Notes under the pieces: model-generated
Database searches by the model: none
Told to the model about the DNA's origin: nothing
The model's input: the letters and a program-made list of their open reading frames with translations, nothing else
DNA from: Octopus vulgaris
Lineage: Eukaryota
Direction: 5' to 3'
NCBI GenBank assembly: GCA_951406725.2
Contig: OX597838.1
Location: 1,054,001 to 1,118,000, forward strand
Length of the DNA: 64,000 nt
In this document: positions 12,033 through 26,864 of the stretch, in pieces
How positions within the stretch are numbered: the stretch's first letter is position 1
Layout: each line of letters starts with the position of its first letter
Program-made: the position numbers and the translations under genes

Positions 12033-14877
12033 AGCATCTTACCTGCTCCAGTCTGGTCTGGTGGACTCGCTAAACTAGCTGCTGGTCAATATCTGTGACC
12101 AATACAAATATATCTATGAACACACATTGCCTGGACAATGTCGCCTGTCTTCTGTTATTTATTGTCCACTGTCCTCTCCATACCAGCGACATGTTATTCC
12201 GAGTCAGCTGTATTCAGCCCCGCCCATTGACCTGAAGGTACCCAGATAAATGTCAAAAGGATCTTTGGGTCCTCCAGACCAGGGATGTTGAATTGCAGCA
12301 ATACAAAGACTGTGGAAGAACCATTATGAGGCTGTCCGCAGGACATGTTAACATCTGCTTCAGACCACTGTCCAAGAGGGAGACCATGCTGCGATTACCA
12401 GGACAAACTCTCTGACCTCAACAGAAAAAGAAACAGCGGCTGTGAAGTGGGAAATATTTTTGTAAATAACTGTTTTGCTTTTTTTTTAATCTTCAGATGC
12501 CAGTGGAATATGGTGTCTTTGTTAAAACAGAATTCAATGTATTATGGGATGATATAAAGGTTTTTATTTCATGTGGGGAAAATTTTTTGGATTTATCTTC
12601 TTTTTTTCTGTTTTTTTCTGTCTTTTTTTTAATGGTGGGAGTTGATGTTTATTGAAGAACATCAAGATGGCGAAAGTGTTCAAAGCCTGCAATAAAGCCC
12701 AACAACAGTCTTTCTGTAAGGTAATGGTCATTGAAATAAGATTATTTCAAAAGCTCTTTATTAACCCGTGTTATTCTTTAAGGATCTCTCCTGTGTCCAG
12801 TTTCATCAGTGCCAGAACAGGTTTTCTTCAACCTTCCAAACCTTCACATCAGATAAACTTGTCTATCTCTGCAACCAGACTCCGTTATAAATCTAGTCGC
12901 CCTTCCTCAAGGGTTTCACCATTAACCATTCATTCTCCTACAACAAAACTTTCTACTCAGAGTTTGAAAACTTCTTTCTCTTATCCATTTAATAAATTAT
13001 TCAACAACTTTTAATTTAACATTTCAACTGGTCACATCTGGCTGAAATAATCGACTTGTTTTATCTTCAAACTGGCCACATCCAGCCTCTTGTGCTTTCC
13101 TTATAAAAATAAACAATCATCATCATCATCATCATCGTCGTTTAGCGTCCGTTTTCCATGCTAGCATGGGTTGGACGGTTCTACTGGGGTCTGTGAAGCC
13201 AGAAGGCTTCATCAGGCCCAGTCAAATCTGGCAGTGTTTCTACGGCTGGATGCCCTTCCTAATGCCAAATCATGTCATTGAAATCTCAAAGCTACAAAAC
13301 AATGCAGGATTAATTCTTATCAATGGGAATGAATAAGCATTACATTGGATGGAATAAATCTGAATGATAAAGGGTTAAAAAAAAACATTCTGTTTATTTA
13401 AAAAAAGAAAAAAATATTTGAGTTTGAGAAAATAGGATTCCACTTTTAATTTTCTGGAGGTAAATAAAGGACCAGCAACATGGGTGGGGGTTGTTATCTC
13501 AAATCTTAGAAAGGAGTCAAGATTTGATTAAGAAACAAAAAAAATGTGTTCAATTCTCAGTAAATCCAGTGAAGTCAACAATTGAATAAACTGTTTGAAA
13601 ATGTTTGAATTTAAAGATCTAGCCAACCCAAACTGGCATTAGAAGACATGAATAAAATAGTGAAATTGTTTTTGAGATTTTTTTTTTTTTATCTAAAATT
13701 TAATATCCCTGAACCAACTTCACTGAAGAAGAAAAAATTATAGGTTGGGAGGTTGGGGGGCTTCATCTTGTTTTCATTTCAGATTAACAAAGTTCATTTG
13801 AGTTACAATGATCTACCATTTATTAAAGAGAACTGATAGGATACCTATTTACGGCTAAGTGGACTGAGTGACTAATTTTTAAACAGACCTGGCTGTGTGG
13901 TTAAGACATTGACCCACCAACCATAAGGTTTCAGGTTCAATCCCATTGCATGGGTTCTTGTGCAAGGGTCTTCTCTAGCCTTGGTTTCAATAAAGTCTTG
14001 TGAATGGATTTGGTAGACAGAAACTGGAAGGGGTCTGTTGCATGCATTTGTGTGGTGCTGTGTGAAGGCACCCGGTGCCCTCTGTGAAGGAGTTGGCATT
14101 GGGAAGGGCCTGCAACTGCAGAAACCATGCCAAAACAGACAACTGGGGCCTGGGCAGCTCCTATCAAACAGTCCAACCCATGCCAGCATGGAAAATGGAC
14201 GTTAAACGATGATGATGTGTGTCTGAGTAAATGTTTGTGTTGCCTTTTCTTGGCGTCGTGTGATAAGCTGTAAATGAGTGTCATTCATTCCTAATCTTCT
14301 GTGAGAACTTGTCTGACCATGAAGAAATATTTGTTTGCTTGGAAACAGGTGAAGGTTAGTGGCAGGAAGAGCATCCAACCACAATATCTGCTTCCAACAA
14401 ATTCTGACAGACTCCTGCAAAAGTGGACATTAGGACAATGAGGATGATAAAGTTGTCATGGCAACACTCAGTTCCTAACATCTCTTGTAAGGATGCCATT
14501 ATAAAATGCACCCACTGCACTTTGGAATGGAGCTGATGTTAGAAAGGGGAACCAAACTAAAATTTCAATGCAAAACAGGGTCCTGTGGCTCATCTAACAA
14601 CTGCCTCAGACTCTGACAATCTGTCCAACCCATGTCTGCGTGGAAAGTCAATGTGAAATGATGACCATCATGGTGATTGTGTCCAGGTTTGAAATCCAAC
14701 CTACGTTAATATAAATTCTGTCAGTGTTGCTTTCTCATTAATCCAGGCTTTCTTAATAAACCTGTCTTGAACTGACTCAACTTATGTCTGAGAAGATTAG
14801 CTAAGTCTTATCCCCTCCACACACACATTCTTTTGTTTCATATTGTTCTATTTATTTTAGTGATTAAAACCTTGTGA

Positions 14878-14965
14878 CAACATCCTCATCGTCCCATTGA
14901 CCTAGCAACATCCTCATCGTCCCATTGTCCTCGCAACATCCTCATCGTCCCATTGTCCTCGCAAC
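14878..14965. repeat. 28-bp tandem repeat, 3 copies
   Basis: caacatcctcatcgtcccattgtcctcg. Confidence 0.9.
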
Positions 14966-17900
14966 TCCTGAAGACTAACAAACAAGACGTGTCATACAGC
15001 TGTTTCCCAGTTCCGACCACAGATACCTGGAGATTCCTTGTTACAGTCTTGGATCCTAGTAGGCTTTGACATAAACAAAATGTCCCCTTCAACCTCACAT
15101 TTACCGACCCCTGAAAACTATAACAGTACCCAATGTTAAAGACTAGGTACAATAATAAAATGAAGGCAGAGTAGACTTCCGGCAGGGATAAGAGACCAGA
15201 GTGAGGAAAGACTCCGAGCAGGATTTAGTCAGTCCATTCTGTGTTGTGTTTTTTTATTTTTTTCAGATGATTTAAAAAGCAAAAAAAATGATACCATTTT
15301 CATCTTCCATTTTCTTGGTTTGAAACTAAATATTTTCAAGAGATGACACGAGAACTGTCTCAACGTTGACCTCCTGCCTTGTGGTCAGTAATCCTGTTGT
15401 TTTAAACATGGGATTACAGTATTTGAAGTGTTCCCTCACTTTCACAGATCAGGACAATCCGGCTGCAACACGTACAGACTTCCTTCACCAGATCCAACAA
15501 CAAGTGATTCACTGACCAATCCACTTCAAACACTGAAGCATGGACAGTCAAAACAACTGCCCATCCATTTCTGTTGTGGTCACTTACCCAAAGGTAACGT
15601 ACAGAGTTATATATACAGGTATGGCTGTGTAGTAAGACATTTTCTTCCCAGCTTCTTTGTTCCAGGTTCAATCCCACTGTCTGGCACTTAGGGCAAGTGT
15701 CTTCTACTATTATAGGCCTTGGCCAACCAAAGCCTTGTGAGAGGATTTACTAGATGGAAACTGAAAGAAGCCCATCGTATAAATAAATAGTGTATGTGTG
15801 TGTGTGTATCTCCTTGCTTTGACATTGCATGATCATCATTTAACATGTGTTTTCCTTACAGACATGGGTTGAACAGCTGAACTGGCGAGACTGGGGCCAC
15901 ACCAGGGTCCATAGTCGACCCCGGTTTGGTTTTCTACAGAGTACACTGCATGATAGTTATAAACGAATGTTACTGTTATGCAAGGGGTGTTCATTTCCAT
16001 TCTTCCACGAAAACATGTCTGGCCATGAGGAAGTGTGAAGGGTTGCTGACAGGAAGAGCATCCAGCTGTAGAAAATTCTACCTCATGATGTCCCATGCAA
16101 GCATTGAAAAGTGGACATAAAAATAGTGACAGACCTCACTCATAGACATGTCCGTGTGTCAGACCTATTAACCAGCCCCTTGCAAAACTGACCTCGGGCA
16201 GTGTACTCCCTCTGTGTTTATTACTTCTACAATGATCTCTTCTCCGAAATCTGACCAATTCCACCTGAAATATTCCTCCTCTTCTTCCCAGATGACCTTC
16301 ACCTTTTTACGACTGTTTCTTGGCAAACCACATTTGGACAGGAAATTACTTTCTACAATCTTTAATCAAAAGACAACAGAATTAATAAGAATTCTTTATC
16401 TAACTTCAGGTTATTAGCAGCAATCAATGGTAAGTCATTCCTCCTCCCAATATGGGTGGGTGCTTGAAAAGTTTACATCACAACTGCTTGGTGGTCAGTT
16501 CAATTCCAGTGGACAGCACCTTTTGTCAGTTGTCTTTTGCCACATTCTTGACTCACCTTGTTATTAGAATGTACAAGACTGAAATTCATTAGAAATGTAT
16601 TTCTTTGGCAATGTTTTTGATAGAAGTCCTTTGTGTTATTTGTTCTGCCCAGGTTGCTCAAATAATTCCTTGTTACTGTCCCTGGACATGAAGAGTAGAT
16701 CAGTGATTAATCCATTATAAATCTGTCACCAATAACATCATTATTTACAAATGTAAAATACAACAGTTATTCAAACAATTAGTAATATAATCTTTGATAA
16801 ACTTGCCCTTCCTTTTTTCTCTTTTTACAACAGATATAATTTGATAGAGATTTTGTCACTATTTATAACAGACTCAATGACTACAATCAGAAGCCTTTTC
16901 TAGTTCATATTCAAGTTTGTAGCCATCACAAAATATCAGGGGAATTTGATTGAAGGGGCCGAAACTGCAGAATCCTGTTGTGTGTGTGTGTGTGTGTGTT
17001 TTGACCATTGGGTATACAATGCTGCTTCCATCTAACTCAAAATTAATATCAAGCCAACAAAGTTGACTGAAACAGTTGAAGGCAGTGCCCCAGCCTGGCC
17101 ACAGTTTATTGATTGAAATCAATAAAGAGACAGTGACAGATGTTAAATTAATTTACTTAATCCAAAAGCCACTCCCTTCAGTAATCCAGTTCAATAGCCC
17201 TGGTCACCCACCTTCGATCTTTACTCAGTCCAATCTGTCGTCGACTCAAAATGTTTATTTTGTTGAAATGAAAATAAACAGAAAAATTCCAAACAATGTC
17301 ATGGCTATTTCATTATAAGACTGTAGCTGTGTCATTAAAATATCCATACGGCTGTCATTAAGACAGAGCTTGTATCTTTTAAAGTACACATGGATGTACT
17401 TTTAAAGCTCTCACGTGGCTGTGCCATGAAGGTAAGGTTAGCATGTCATTAAGGGACGGCAGTGTTAAAAGGAGAAGCTGTGGCTGTTTCATTAAGAACT
17501 TATCTATTCCTTATAGGTGTGATTGTGTGGTATGAAGCTTGCTTGTCAACCACATGGTTCTGGGTTCAGTCCCACTTCTACTATAACCCCAGGCCAACCA
17601 ACGCCTTGTGAGTGAATTTGGTTGATGGAAACTGAAAGGAGCTCGTCATTTAGCATCCACCATGGTGGATGATTTGACAGGAGCTGACCAGGCTTCTGTG
17701 TCTGTTTTGGCAAGGTTTTTACAGCTGGATGTCCTTGCAAATGCCAACCACTTTACAGTGTGGACTGGATGCTTTTTAAGTGGCACCTGCATTAACAGGG
17801 TCACAAAGTACCTTGCGAGACAAAAATCTTTTGAGAGGGGAGGTGGGCTATGAAGGAGGTGATCTTGTGTCAGATGATGAAAAGTTAGAGTGAGACAGAA

Positions 17901-18602
17901 ACAAGTTCCTTGCTGTAGAGGAAGTATACGGTTACCTGGCCAGTGAGAGAGAGAGAGATTAGGAATGAGGGCAGAAAGAGGTGTGCTGCTGCAAAGGAGA
18001 TACATGGTTACCCAACCTGAGGGCAGTGCAGAAGAAGGAGAGGGAGAGAGAGTGGGAGACAGCAAGATAGGGATGGTGGCAAAGTGCTGGGCGTACTCAC
18101 AAGTATATATTTATGTGAGTGTGTCCGTATTTGTCCCCCCCTCCCCGCCTGCCATCACTTGACAACTAATGTTGGTGTCTGTTTATATCCCAATAACTTA
18201 GAGGTTCAGCAAAACAGACTGATAGAATCATTACTAGGTTTACAAAGAATAAGTCTTGGGGTCAATTTCTTTGACTAAAGCCGTTTAAGGTGATGCTCCA
18301 GCATGGCAGCAGTCAAATGACTGAAACAAATAAAAATATACATATATATGTATATATGTATATATATATATATATATATAAGCATGGCTACAGGTTGACG
18401 TTGGTATTCAACTGGTTTTATTTTGTTGACTCCAAAAAGGATGAAAGCCCCTACGGACAGTTGTAAAACCTCCATTACATTACTATATATAGCAACAAAA
18501 GCCTGTAGTTTGATGATGGAACCAAAAAGCAGAATGCTGGGGGCGAGTTTGATGCAACGGACACAGCGACAAATGTTAGAAGTCATCAACAAGTGTCACA
18601 CA

Positions 18603-18667
<65 letters not shown>

Positions 18668-19515
18668 ACACACACACTCGTTTCCTTGTCTTCCATTGTG
18701 AGATTCTTTAAACTACAACTTGCAGCTCTTATAGTTTCTAGCATTGCTAACTTGGTCATCTCTCTTTCTCTCCTCTCTTTGTCTCTCTCTCTCCTCTCTC
18801 TTCTCTCTCTCCTCTCTTTCTCTCTCTCCTCTCTCTCTCTCTTCTCTCTCTCTCTCCTCTTTCTCTCTCTCCTCTTTCTCTCTCTCTCTCTTCTCTCTCT
18901 CTCTTCTCTCTCTCCCCCCCTCTCTCCCCCTATCTCCATTCCATCTCAACTCTGCAACCGTTTTGGTTGGTTTTTCATAAAAGAGATTGCATTGAACTTT
19001 TGATGTAACTCTGTAGCTGCGATATGTTGTGTATGTTGTAATACGTATGCCTTTGTATGTGTGTGTGTGTATGTCTTTGTTTGCACATGTGTGCATGGCT
19101 GTATACGTCTGTGCTGTATGTGTATGTGTGCATGCATGTGAGTTTGTATGTGTGTGCATGTCTGTGTATGTGTGTGTGTAGTACAGAAGCCACCTCCCTC
19201 CAACCACTCCTTCCAACTGCTGAGCTACACACCTGCACGCGCGCACACGCCACACCACTCCCACCTCTCCCTGCCACTACCTCATTATCCTCTGCCTTCC
19301 CCTCCTTCTTTCGATTTCCTCTCTACCTCCCCACCACCACCACCACACAAACAAATTACCTCCTCCACCCACAACACTTATTCTTGTTGCTAGGCAACCA
19401 GTCCCCAGCAGAATCCAAAATGAATTCCTTTGCAAAGAATTTCTCCCGTTTCACAGAAAAATTGTTGCTGATTTCAGAGCAATTTTATCTTCCTACAAAT
19501 GGGAATTAATAACAT

Positions 19516-19598
19516 GTTGAGTGTAAGTTAATGAGAGGTTGAGTGTGGGTTAATGAGAGGTTGAGTGTGGGTTAATGAGAGGTTGAGTGTGGGTTAAC
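19516..19598. repeat. 22-bp tandem repeat, about 4 copies
   Basis: gttgagtgtgggttaatgagag. Confidence 0.9.
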
Positions 19599-19706
19599 GA
19601 CTGAGTTAAAATCAAACTGAAAAGCTAATTAAAAGAATTTAATATAAAAGGTTGTTTTAGCATAACGACAACAGGTTTAAATATGTTATATATAAAATCA
19701 CAGGAG

Positions 19707-19764
<58 letters not shown>

Positions 19765-22700
19765 TGTGGTTGACCAGACTATCAAATGTTGTTATACATC
19801 ACTGGTCACAATGCACTTTGCATCATTTTTGTTAGCATTTCAAATGATGCCACCCTGCTGGCTAAGCGAGCAGGCCTATATTCTCCCTTATTGGAAGACT
19901 AGTCTGTCACAGGGGGATCCGTTTACAGCTAAGTAGACTGAGCAACATGAAATGAAATGTTTTGCTCAAGAACACACTGTACCACCTTGTCCGGGAATTG
20001 AACCCACAATCTAGCTATCATGAGCGCAACACCCTAACCACTAGGCCAAGGGTCTTCACATACATGTGTGTGCGTGTGTCATTTCTTAAATAATCCTGAC
20101 AAACTTGCAGGAATGTTACATTTCAGTTTTGGATAAACATTTATAAATCAGGATTTTGTTTTGGGGAAAAATGATAATTGTAGGGAGAGTTTTTTTGTTT
20201 TCTCTTTTATCTAACTTTCATCATGTGTCACATAAACAGGCAACAATGTGCCACTGGTGACATAGGTACCATAGGTGTGCCTCCACGGGTAAATACCTCC
20301 CCATCATCATTTATTTCAATATTATCTTCCCCATGTTTGCATGAGACAGATGAAATTCGTTGATGCAAATTCTTTCCATCGCCAGATTCCCTTCCTGTTG
20401 CCAATCTTCTCTTGTTTCAAAGCAAGGGAACGGTCTCCCCATGGCATGACACATTTCCACAGAAGACTGGGAATGGAAAGCGCTGCTTGTATGACAGGGA
20501 AGCTTGTCTACAGCTATCATACAATGTCAAAAGGAGAAGGCAGCACACATACACACACACACCCACATGCACACACACACACACACATACATACATACAA
20601 CTACACACATGTACACACACACGCATACACCCAACACACACACACACACACGGTCATACATGCAATCACACACTCACACACACACACATCAAACTACTTT
20701 TAGTTTCTGTCAACCAAATCCATGCACAACACACTGGTTAGGCCGAGACCAAAGTGCCACACAGTGGGACTGAACCCAGAACTATTTGGTTGGGAAGCAA
20801 CTGTCTTACCACATAGCCACGCTTGCACATTCAAACACACACACATCTAAGCATACACCCACATATATATACACACACGCATATAGGCACAGGCATGGCT
20901 GTGTGGTTAAGAAGCTTGTCTTGTAGCCATGTGGTTTTGAGTTCAGTCCCACTACGTACCACCTTGGACATGTGTCCTTTATTATAGCCCTGGGCTGACC
21001 AAAGTGGATTTGGTAGATGGAAACTGTGTGGAAGCCTGTCATATAAAGAGATCTGCATGTACATGTGTGTGTTTTTTTGCTTGTCCACACGGACAGCACT
21101 TGACAACTGGTCTTGGTTTGTTTACATCCCCATAACTTAGCAGTTTGGGTAAAGAGACTGATAGAATAAATACCAAACTTAAAAACAAGTCCTGGGGGGG
21201 GGGTCAATCTATTTGACCCAGGGGCAGGTATTGCTCCCCCACCGCATGGCTTTCAGCTTCAATCCCTGTGTGGCACCTTGGCCAAGTGTCTTCCACTGTA
21301 ACCTTCTGTCGATCAAAGCCTTGTGAGTGGATTTGGTGGATGGAAACTGAAAGAAGCCCATCATATATATATGTATGTATATATCTATGTGTGTGTCTCT
21401 TCATGCCTGTGTTTATCTCCACCACTGCTTGACAACCGGTGTTGGTGTGGTTATGTCCCTATAACTTAGCAGTTCAGCCAAAGAGATCAATAGAATAAGT
21501 ACCAGGCTTAAAAAGAAAACAAAAATAAATCCTGGGGTTGAGTCATTTGACTAAAAATTCTTCAAGGTGGTGCCCCAGTATGGCCACAGTCTAAGGACTG
21601 AAACAAGTGGCTTTGAACAGCAAGCATATTTAAACACCTTCCTATATATTCTTTTCTACTCTAGGCACAAGGCCTGAAATTTTGGGGGAGGGAGCCAGTC
21701 GATTAGATTGACCTCAGTATGCAACTGGTACTTAATTTACCGACCCCGAAAGGATGAAAGGCAAAGTTGACCTCGGCGGAATTTGAACTCAGAACGTAAC
21801 GACAGATGAAATACTGCTAAGCATTTCGCCCAGTGTGCTAACACCTTTCTACATATTAGAGAAATACCAAAGAGTAAATACCCTGAGTAAATACCCTGAG
21901 TAAATACCCAGTGAGTCATTCAGTATTAATAAAGAAAATTGTCAACAAAGGCTGCAGAAATCTCCAGGAGACAATCACCAACAGATTTGTCATGTTTGCT
22001 TAAAACCTTGACACAACCATTGAGATCTAAATATCTGGCGCTTAGCTTCACACTTTCTCTAATTACCAACAAAACAGTTTATTTATTATAAACAAACCCC
22101 AGAACCATGTGTGCAGGAATGAAATTTGCTTAGTGCAGTGCAAAGCCAGGCCCAAAATGTTTTTGACAAACAATCATAATACCAAAACAAACGCAATAAT
22201 AATAATTATTATTATTATTATGATCGTCATTATTAAAGCAGCAAGCTGCCTGGTGAAATGCTTAGCAGCATTTCATCTGCTGCTACGTTCTGAGTTCAAG
22301 TTTTGTTATGTTACTTAAAAACTGCTGAGGTTAACTTTGCCCTTAATCCTTTGAGGTGGGGTGGGGGCGATGAATTAAGTACCAGTGAAATACTGGGGTT
22401 GACATAATCGACTTCTCCCCTCCCCCAAAATTTCAAGGCCTTGTGCCTTCACCAGAAAGGATTATTATTTTTATCATTATTATGATTATTACTATTATTA
22501 TTAAGGCAGCGAGTTGGCAGAATCGGTAGCACGCTGGATGAAACGCTTAACGGTATTTCACCATTCAATACCTTCTGAGTTCATATTCTGCCAAGGTCAA
22601 CTTTGCCTTCCATCCTTTTGGGGTCAATAAATTAAGTAACAGTGAAACACTGTCTGCCTGTCTCTCACTCTCTCAAGTATTTCTGACTTGTGGGTTTATG

Positions 22701-23231
22701 TTGAACACCTGCTGTCTTGTGTGGGACAGATCTGGCTATTGGCTGAGTCCATTGTGAAAATAGTCCTGCCACCTTCCTTTGGCCTGTAAGGGCAAGCTGT
22801 TTTTCTTTGCCTGATAGCCTTAGTGGGAAAGGTTGTGTGGTGGACCAGGCTGAAAGGGCTGAAGACAGACACTTCCCTCTTTGGCCCTCATCAACTTTTT
22901 CAAGATTCACTTGAAAAGGAAAGTGAGGGTAGAGAGAGAAATTCTGCTCCCCCAGCAATTTTGTTAAAAGATGGGTGAACGTTGCAAGAATGGCTCAAAT
23001 AAATGAGCCTGCTCTAAGCAAGCACCTGTAGATAAATTAGGGATGGTGCTTACCCTGGTAGTCAGGACTGTCGTGGATTTGTGAGCTTTCCATGAGTAGT
23101 CCCAGGAGGACACTTTTGGGGGGATTTAGTTATAATAGATTGTTTTTCATTGTTTACACAACTTTCATGTAACCTGACATTCTACATGCCCTGTGCTGTC
23201 CACAATGTTTTTTAACATAAAGCTTTTGTGG

Positions 23232-23780
23232 TTAAGAAATTAATTTTGACTTAAGGATCAGTCTCAGTCTGCGCAAGTACTCCACCTTAAATTTTTCTGT
23301 CATTTCTTTCTCCATCAATTTATCCATTTCCAAGATCCCCAAGTACTTATAGCCAGTCTCTCCTATCTGCTTCATAACCTCCCCCAACGGTATCTCTAGC
23401 CCATCCATACAATTGATTTTGCCTCTCAGAATGGAGTTCAGACTGAAAAAGTGTGGTTTGTTAGTCTTGAAGAGAGGCAAAATCAAATGTGCAGACGGGC
23501 TAGCGATACCATTGGGGGAGGTTATGAAGCAGATAGAAGGGACAGGTTATAAGTACTTGGGGATTTTGGAAACAGGTAAATTGATAGGGAAAGAAATGAC
23601 AGAAATATTTAAGGTGGAGTACTTGCACAGACTGAGACTGATCCTTATGTCGAAATTAAAGAGGACGGAATAAGATTGAAGCTATGAACACCTGGGCAGT
23701 TTCACTCCTTAGATATGGAGCAAGGATAATCGCATGGACAGTAGAGAACTAAACAGCCAAGACAGAAAGATGAGGAAGTT
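23232..23780. mobile_element. R4/Dong-like non-LTR retrotransposon fragment, inverted duplication
   Basis: RT C-terminal motifs KCG..., YKYLG, EYLRRLRLILKSKL, AMNTWAVSLLRY; core present on both strands. Confidence 0.75.
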
Positions 23781-24847
23781 TCACACACATACTTATCATT
23801 ATTATTATTATTTGACCTTGTGACTAGCAGAAATTAGTGCATCATAGGTACACACACACACTCCCCATCTCCCCCCCTCTCTCTCTCTCATTGTTACAAT
23901 GATATATTGTTTCCAATGTATTCGGCTGCCTTTGCTTACCAAATCCTGTTCGTTCTCATGCATTATGTTGTATGCCACTCCATAAACAATCTAGGTATGG
24001 CGAGGTGGTGGTGGTGGTGGGGGGACACCATCTAACCCCCCCTCCTCCTATTCCCCACTGCCTCTGCTACACCAGGACCACCTCCTAAATTAGTCACAAC
24101 AGACAATGACTGGCTCCACCATCCCACCCAGGCTTCTAAAACAATAGCACACACACACACACACATACACACATACACATACAATCCTGCAACACCACCA
24201 CTACCACCCAAATAACAGGTGTGAACAGCTAGTGACCATCACCACCCCAGTGATCTGGTGTCAACAGCAACCAACAACAACAACAACCCTAACCCCAGGA
24301 AGTGGTGTCAACAATTAATTTAGGTGTTGATAGTTACACCCACCCACCCACCTCGCCACCCCACCCTACTTCATACTGCAAAACATGATTCCTATAATTA
24401 CAATTCACACGTATCTATTTCCATAAATGTTCATAGACATACATACATACATACATATCTATATATACAAACATACACACACACACACACACACACATCA
24501 TTGTCATCATCATCATAATCGTTTACTATATATAAATATATATATACATACCTACATACATATATACATACATATCTATATACAAACATATATGTATGTA
24601 TGCATACTCATACATACATCAGCATCATCATTTAACGGCTGTGTGTTTGTGTGTGTATATATATATATATATACATGTTATATATACATACATATACATG
24701 TATTTGCGCATGTGTCCTGCCATTTTTATAGGACAGCTTCAGCCACAACCGTAGGGATGATGACAAAGAGATCTACTATGAGTAAGTTTAGCACTGAAGA
24801 TTCACAGGAAGCACAAAGATGACTGTGGTGACTATTGCACCCGGCTG

Positions 24848-24903
<56 letters not shown>

Positions 24904-24959
24904 TTATAGGACAGAAAAAATAAGGGGATAGAAATGAAATTATACAGAACTCATGTCAG

Positions 24960-25128
24960 AAAGAATCAGTTAATTATGATTTTATTCAACACATTCCCCT
25001 CTCAGATTCACACACTTGTTACAGCGGTCCTTAAGTTTTTCTAAGCCCTGTAAAAGAAGTCGGAAGTTTGGGCCTCCAACCAGGCCTTTCGCGACACCCT
25101 TAAAGCTAGAAACTTTTCAGCACCTTCT
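24960..25128. mobile_element. Short non-autonomous mariner-like MITE (partial)
   Basis: Shares its body with 25783-26000; ends in TIR-like cccttaaagctagaaacttttcagcacc. Confidence 0.55.
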
Positions 25129-25352
25129 TGTATATATCTTGAGAGAGAGGGAGAGTGAGAACAATATATATAGATATGATATGACAACCTGAATCTAAAG
25201 ATTAAGAAGATCGTTCAACAAGGAAGGATTCAATGTTAAAATGTAGAGCAAAGATTTTTATTTAATCACAGAATGTCCAGCCAAAAAAGCAAAATATTTG
25301 TTTCTGTGGGTTTCTCAGCAAAGACTACACACGCATTCACAATGTACACATA

Positions 25353-25387
<35 letters not shown>

Positions 25388-25782
25388 GGGCATAAAGTAG
25401 AAACCTTTAAATACTTATTACCCCCACTATAATTTGAACCCCTATGAGGGGCAATCCCATTATATATTTTTTATTATGAAATCTAAACAAGAAAAACCAT
25501 CATAAACTAAGAAACCAGGGACCTGTTAACAAGTTCAACTCAACAAGAATGAAGGACACCTTTTAACAACAAGAACTTAAAATACAAAAGATTCACAGCT
25601 TAGAAGAAGAACATCAAGCATATTCTTCCTTCATCTGCTGCCTAACCGATTTCATATTATATGAGAGTTAGGTAGAAAGAGAGAGAGAAGAAGAGAAATG
25701 GAAAGGATTCAAGGTATGTATTGATTTATCTATTCACCCACCCACCCATACATACATACATCCATAGATAGATAGATAGATA

Positions 25783-26000
25783 GGAGGGGGTGTTAAAAAG
25801 TTCCTGGTTTTGGGTAAAAGAAAATACAGGAGGATTATTTAATTATGATTTTATTCAAAATATTCCCCTCTCAGATTCACACACTTATTGCAACAGTCCT
25901 TCAGTTTTTCTAAGCCCTGTAAAAGAACTTGGACGTTTAAACCTCCAGCCAGATACTTTATAATACCCTTAAAGCCAGTTACTTTCCATTCTCCCCTCCT
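25783..26000. mobile_element. Short non-autonomous mariner-like MITE
   Basis: gggggtgttaaaaagttcctgg ... ccagttactttccattctcccc imperfect TIRs; second copy at ~24960. Confidence 0.55.
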
Positions 26001-26864
26001 ACGTATACACACACAGACACACACGTATACATTGTTGTCTAGGGAGAGTCATTATGACAATATAATTAACATACACACTGGCTCATATATGTGTGTATGC
26101 ATGATAATCCTTCATCATTGGTACATGACATCACTCAACCACACAACCTCAAGACATACAAAGAAGATGAATGATGTTGTCTCCTTGTACTGAGACTCTG
26201 GAGACTAATGCTGAAGGATTGCCATTCTTACAGACAATGAGTGAGAGCTGGATATGCTCACCATAAAAAACACAGAGTAATGCTCAAACTCCAAATTCCT
26301 CATCCAGGACTAGATTCCTGACCTCAAGAATGGCAATACAAGAAATCCAAAAATGAGCTGATATGGAATACCCTCAGTTTGTCTGATGGCTACTTATAGA
26401 TTTATAGATTAACCTTGATATGGATAAGCAATTTTTAGACACCTCCACTTAAGGATCTGTATTTTTTGTATTCCATGTAAATGCATGTGTGTGTGTGTGT
26501 GTGTGTGTGTGATCCAGCTATATAAACCAATTCAAATCAAACTGTGGAGCCTGGAGTGGTTTCTGGCCTTGCCAGCAGCTCTTGTCAAACCATCCAAACC
26601 ATGCCAGCCTAGAAAACTGACCACAACAATGATGATGATAATGTGTGTGCTTTTCTTTCTGAATATATGTAGATATATGTTTCTATGGAAATGTGTGTGT
26701 GTGAAGCCTAATTGTATTTTATATGTATATTTACCACTTTCTTTGAATAATGGACCTGCAACTACAATATCTTTATATATCTTATTTCTACCTTCATTCT
26801 CTTATTTCCCTCTATATTCCCTATCTTTTCCGCAATAATTCAAACTCAAATATTTTCTCACATC

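Noticed and set aside
14992-15110. Terminal exon ending in a PDZ-binding ETAV*
   Set aside because: Better explained as a ferlin FerB relic with a premature stop, since ferlin-like matches continue beyond it
14878-19598. Short direct-repeat arrays as possible CRISPR
   Set aside because: Units are head-to-tail with no spacers, there are no cas genes, and the context is eukaryotic
24732-24781. Plus-strand exon candidate (tag|DSFSHNRRDDDKEIYY|gtaagt); similar ones at 15458-15593 and 59263-59297
   Set aside because: Good splice signals but no recognisable product and no coherent chain of partner exons
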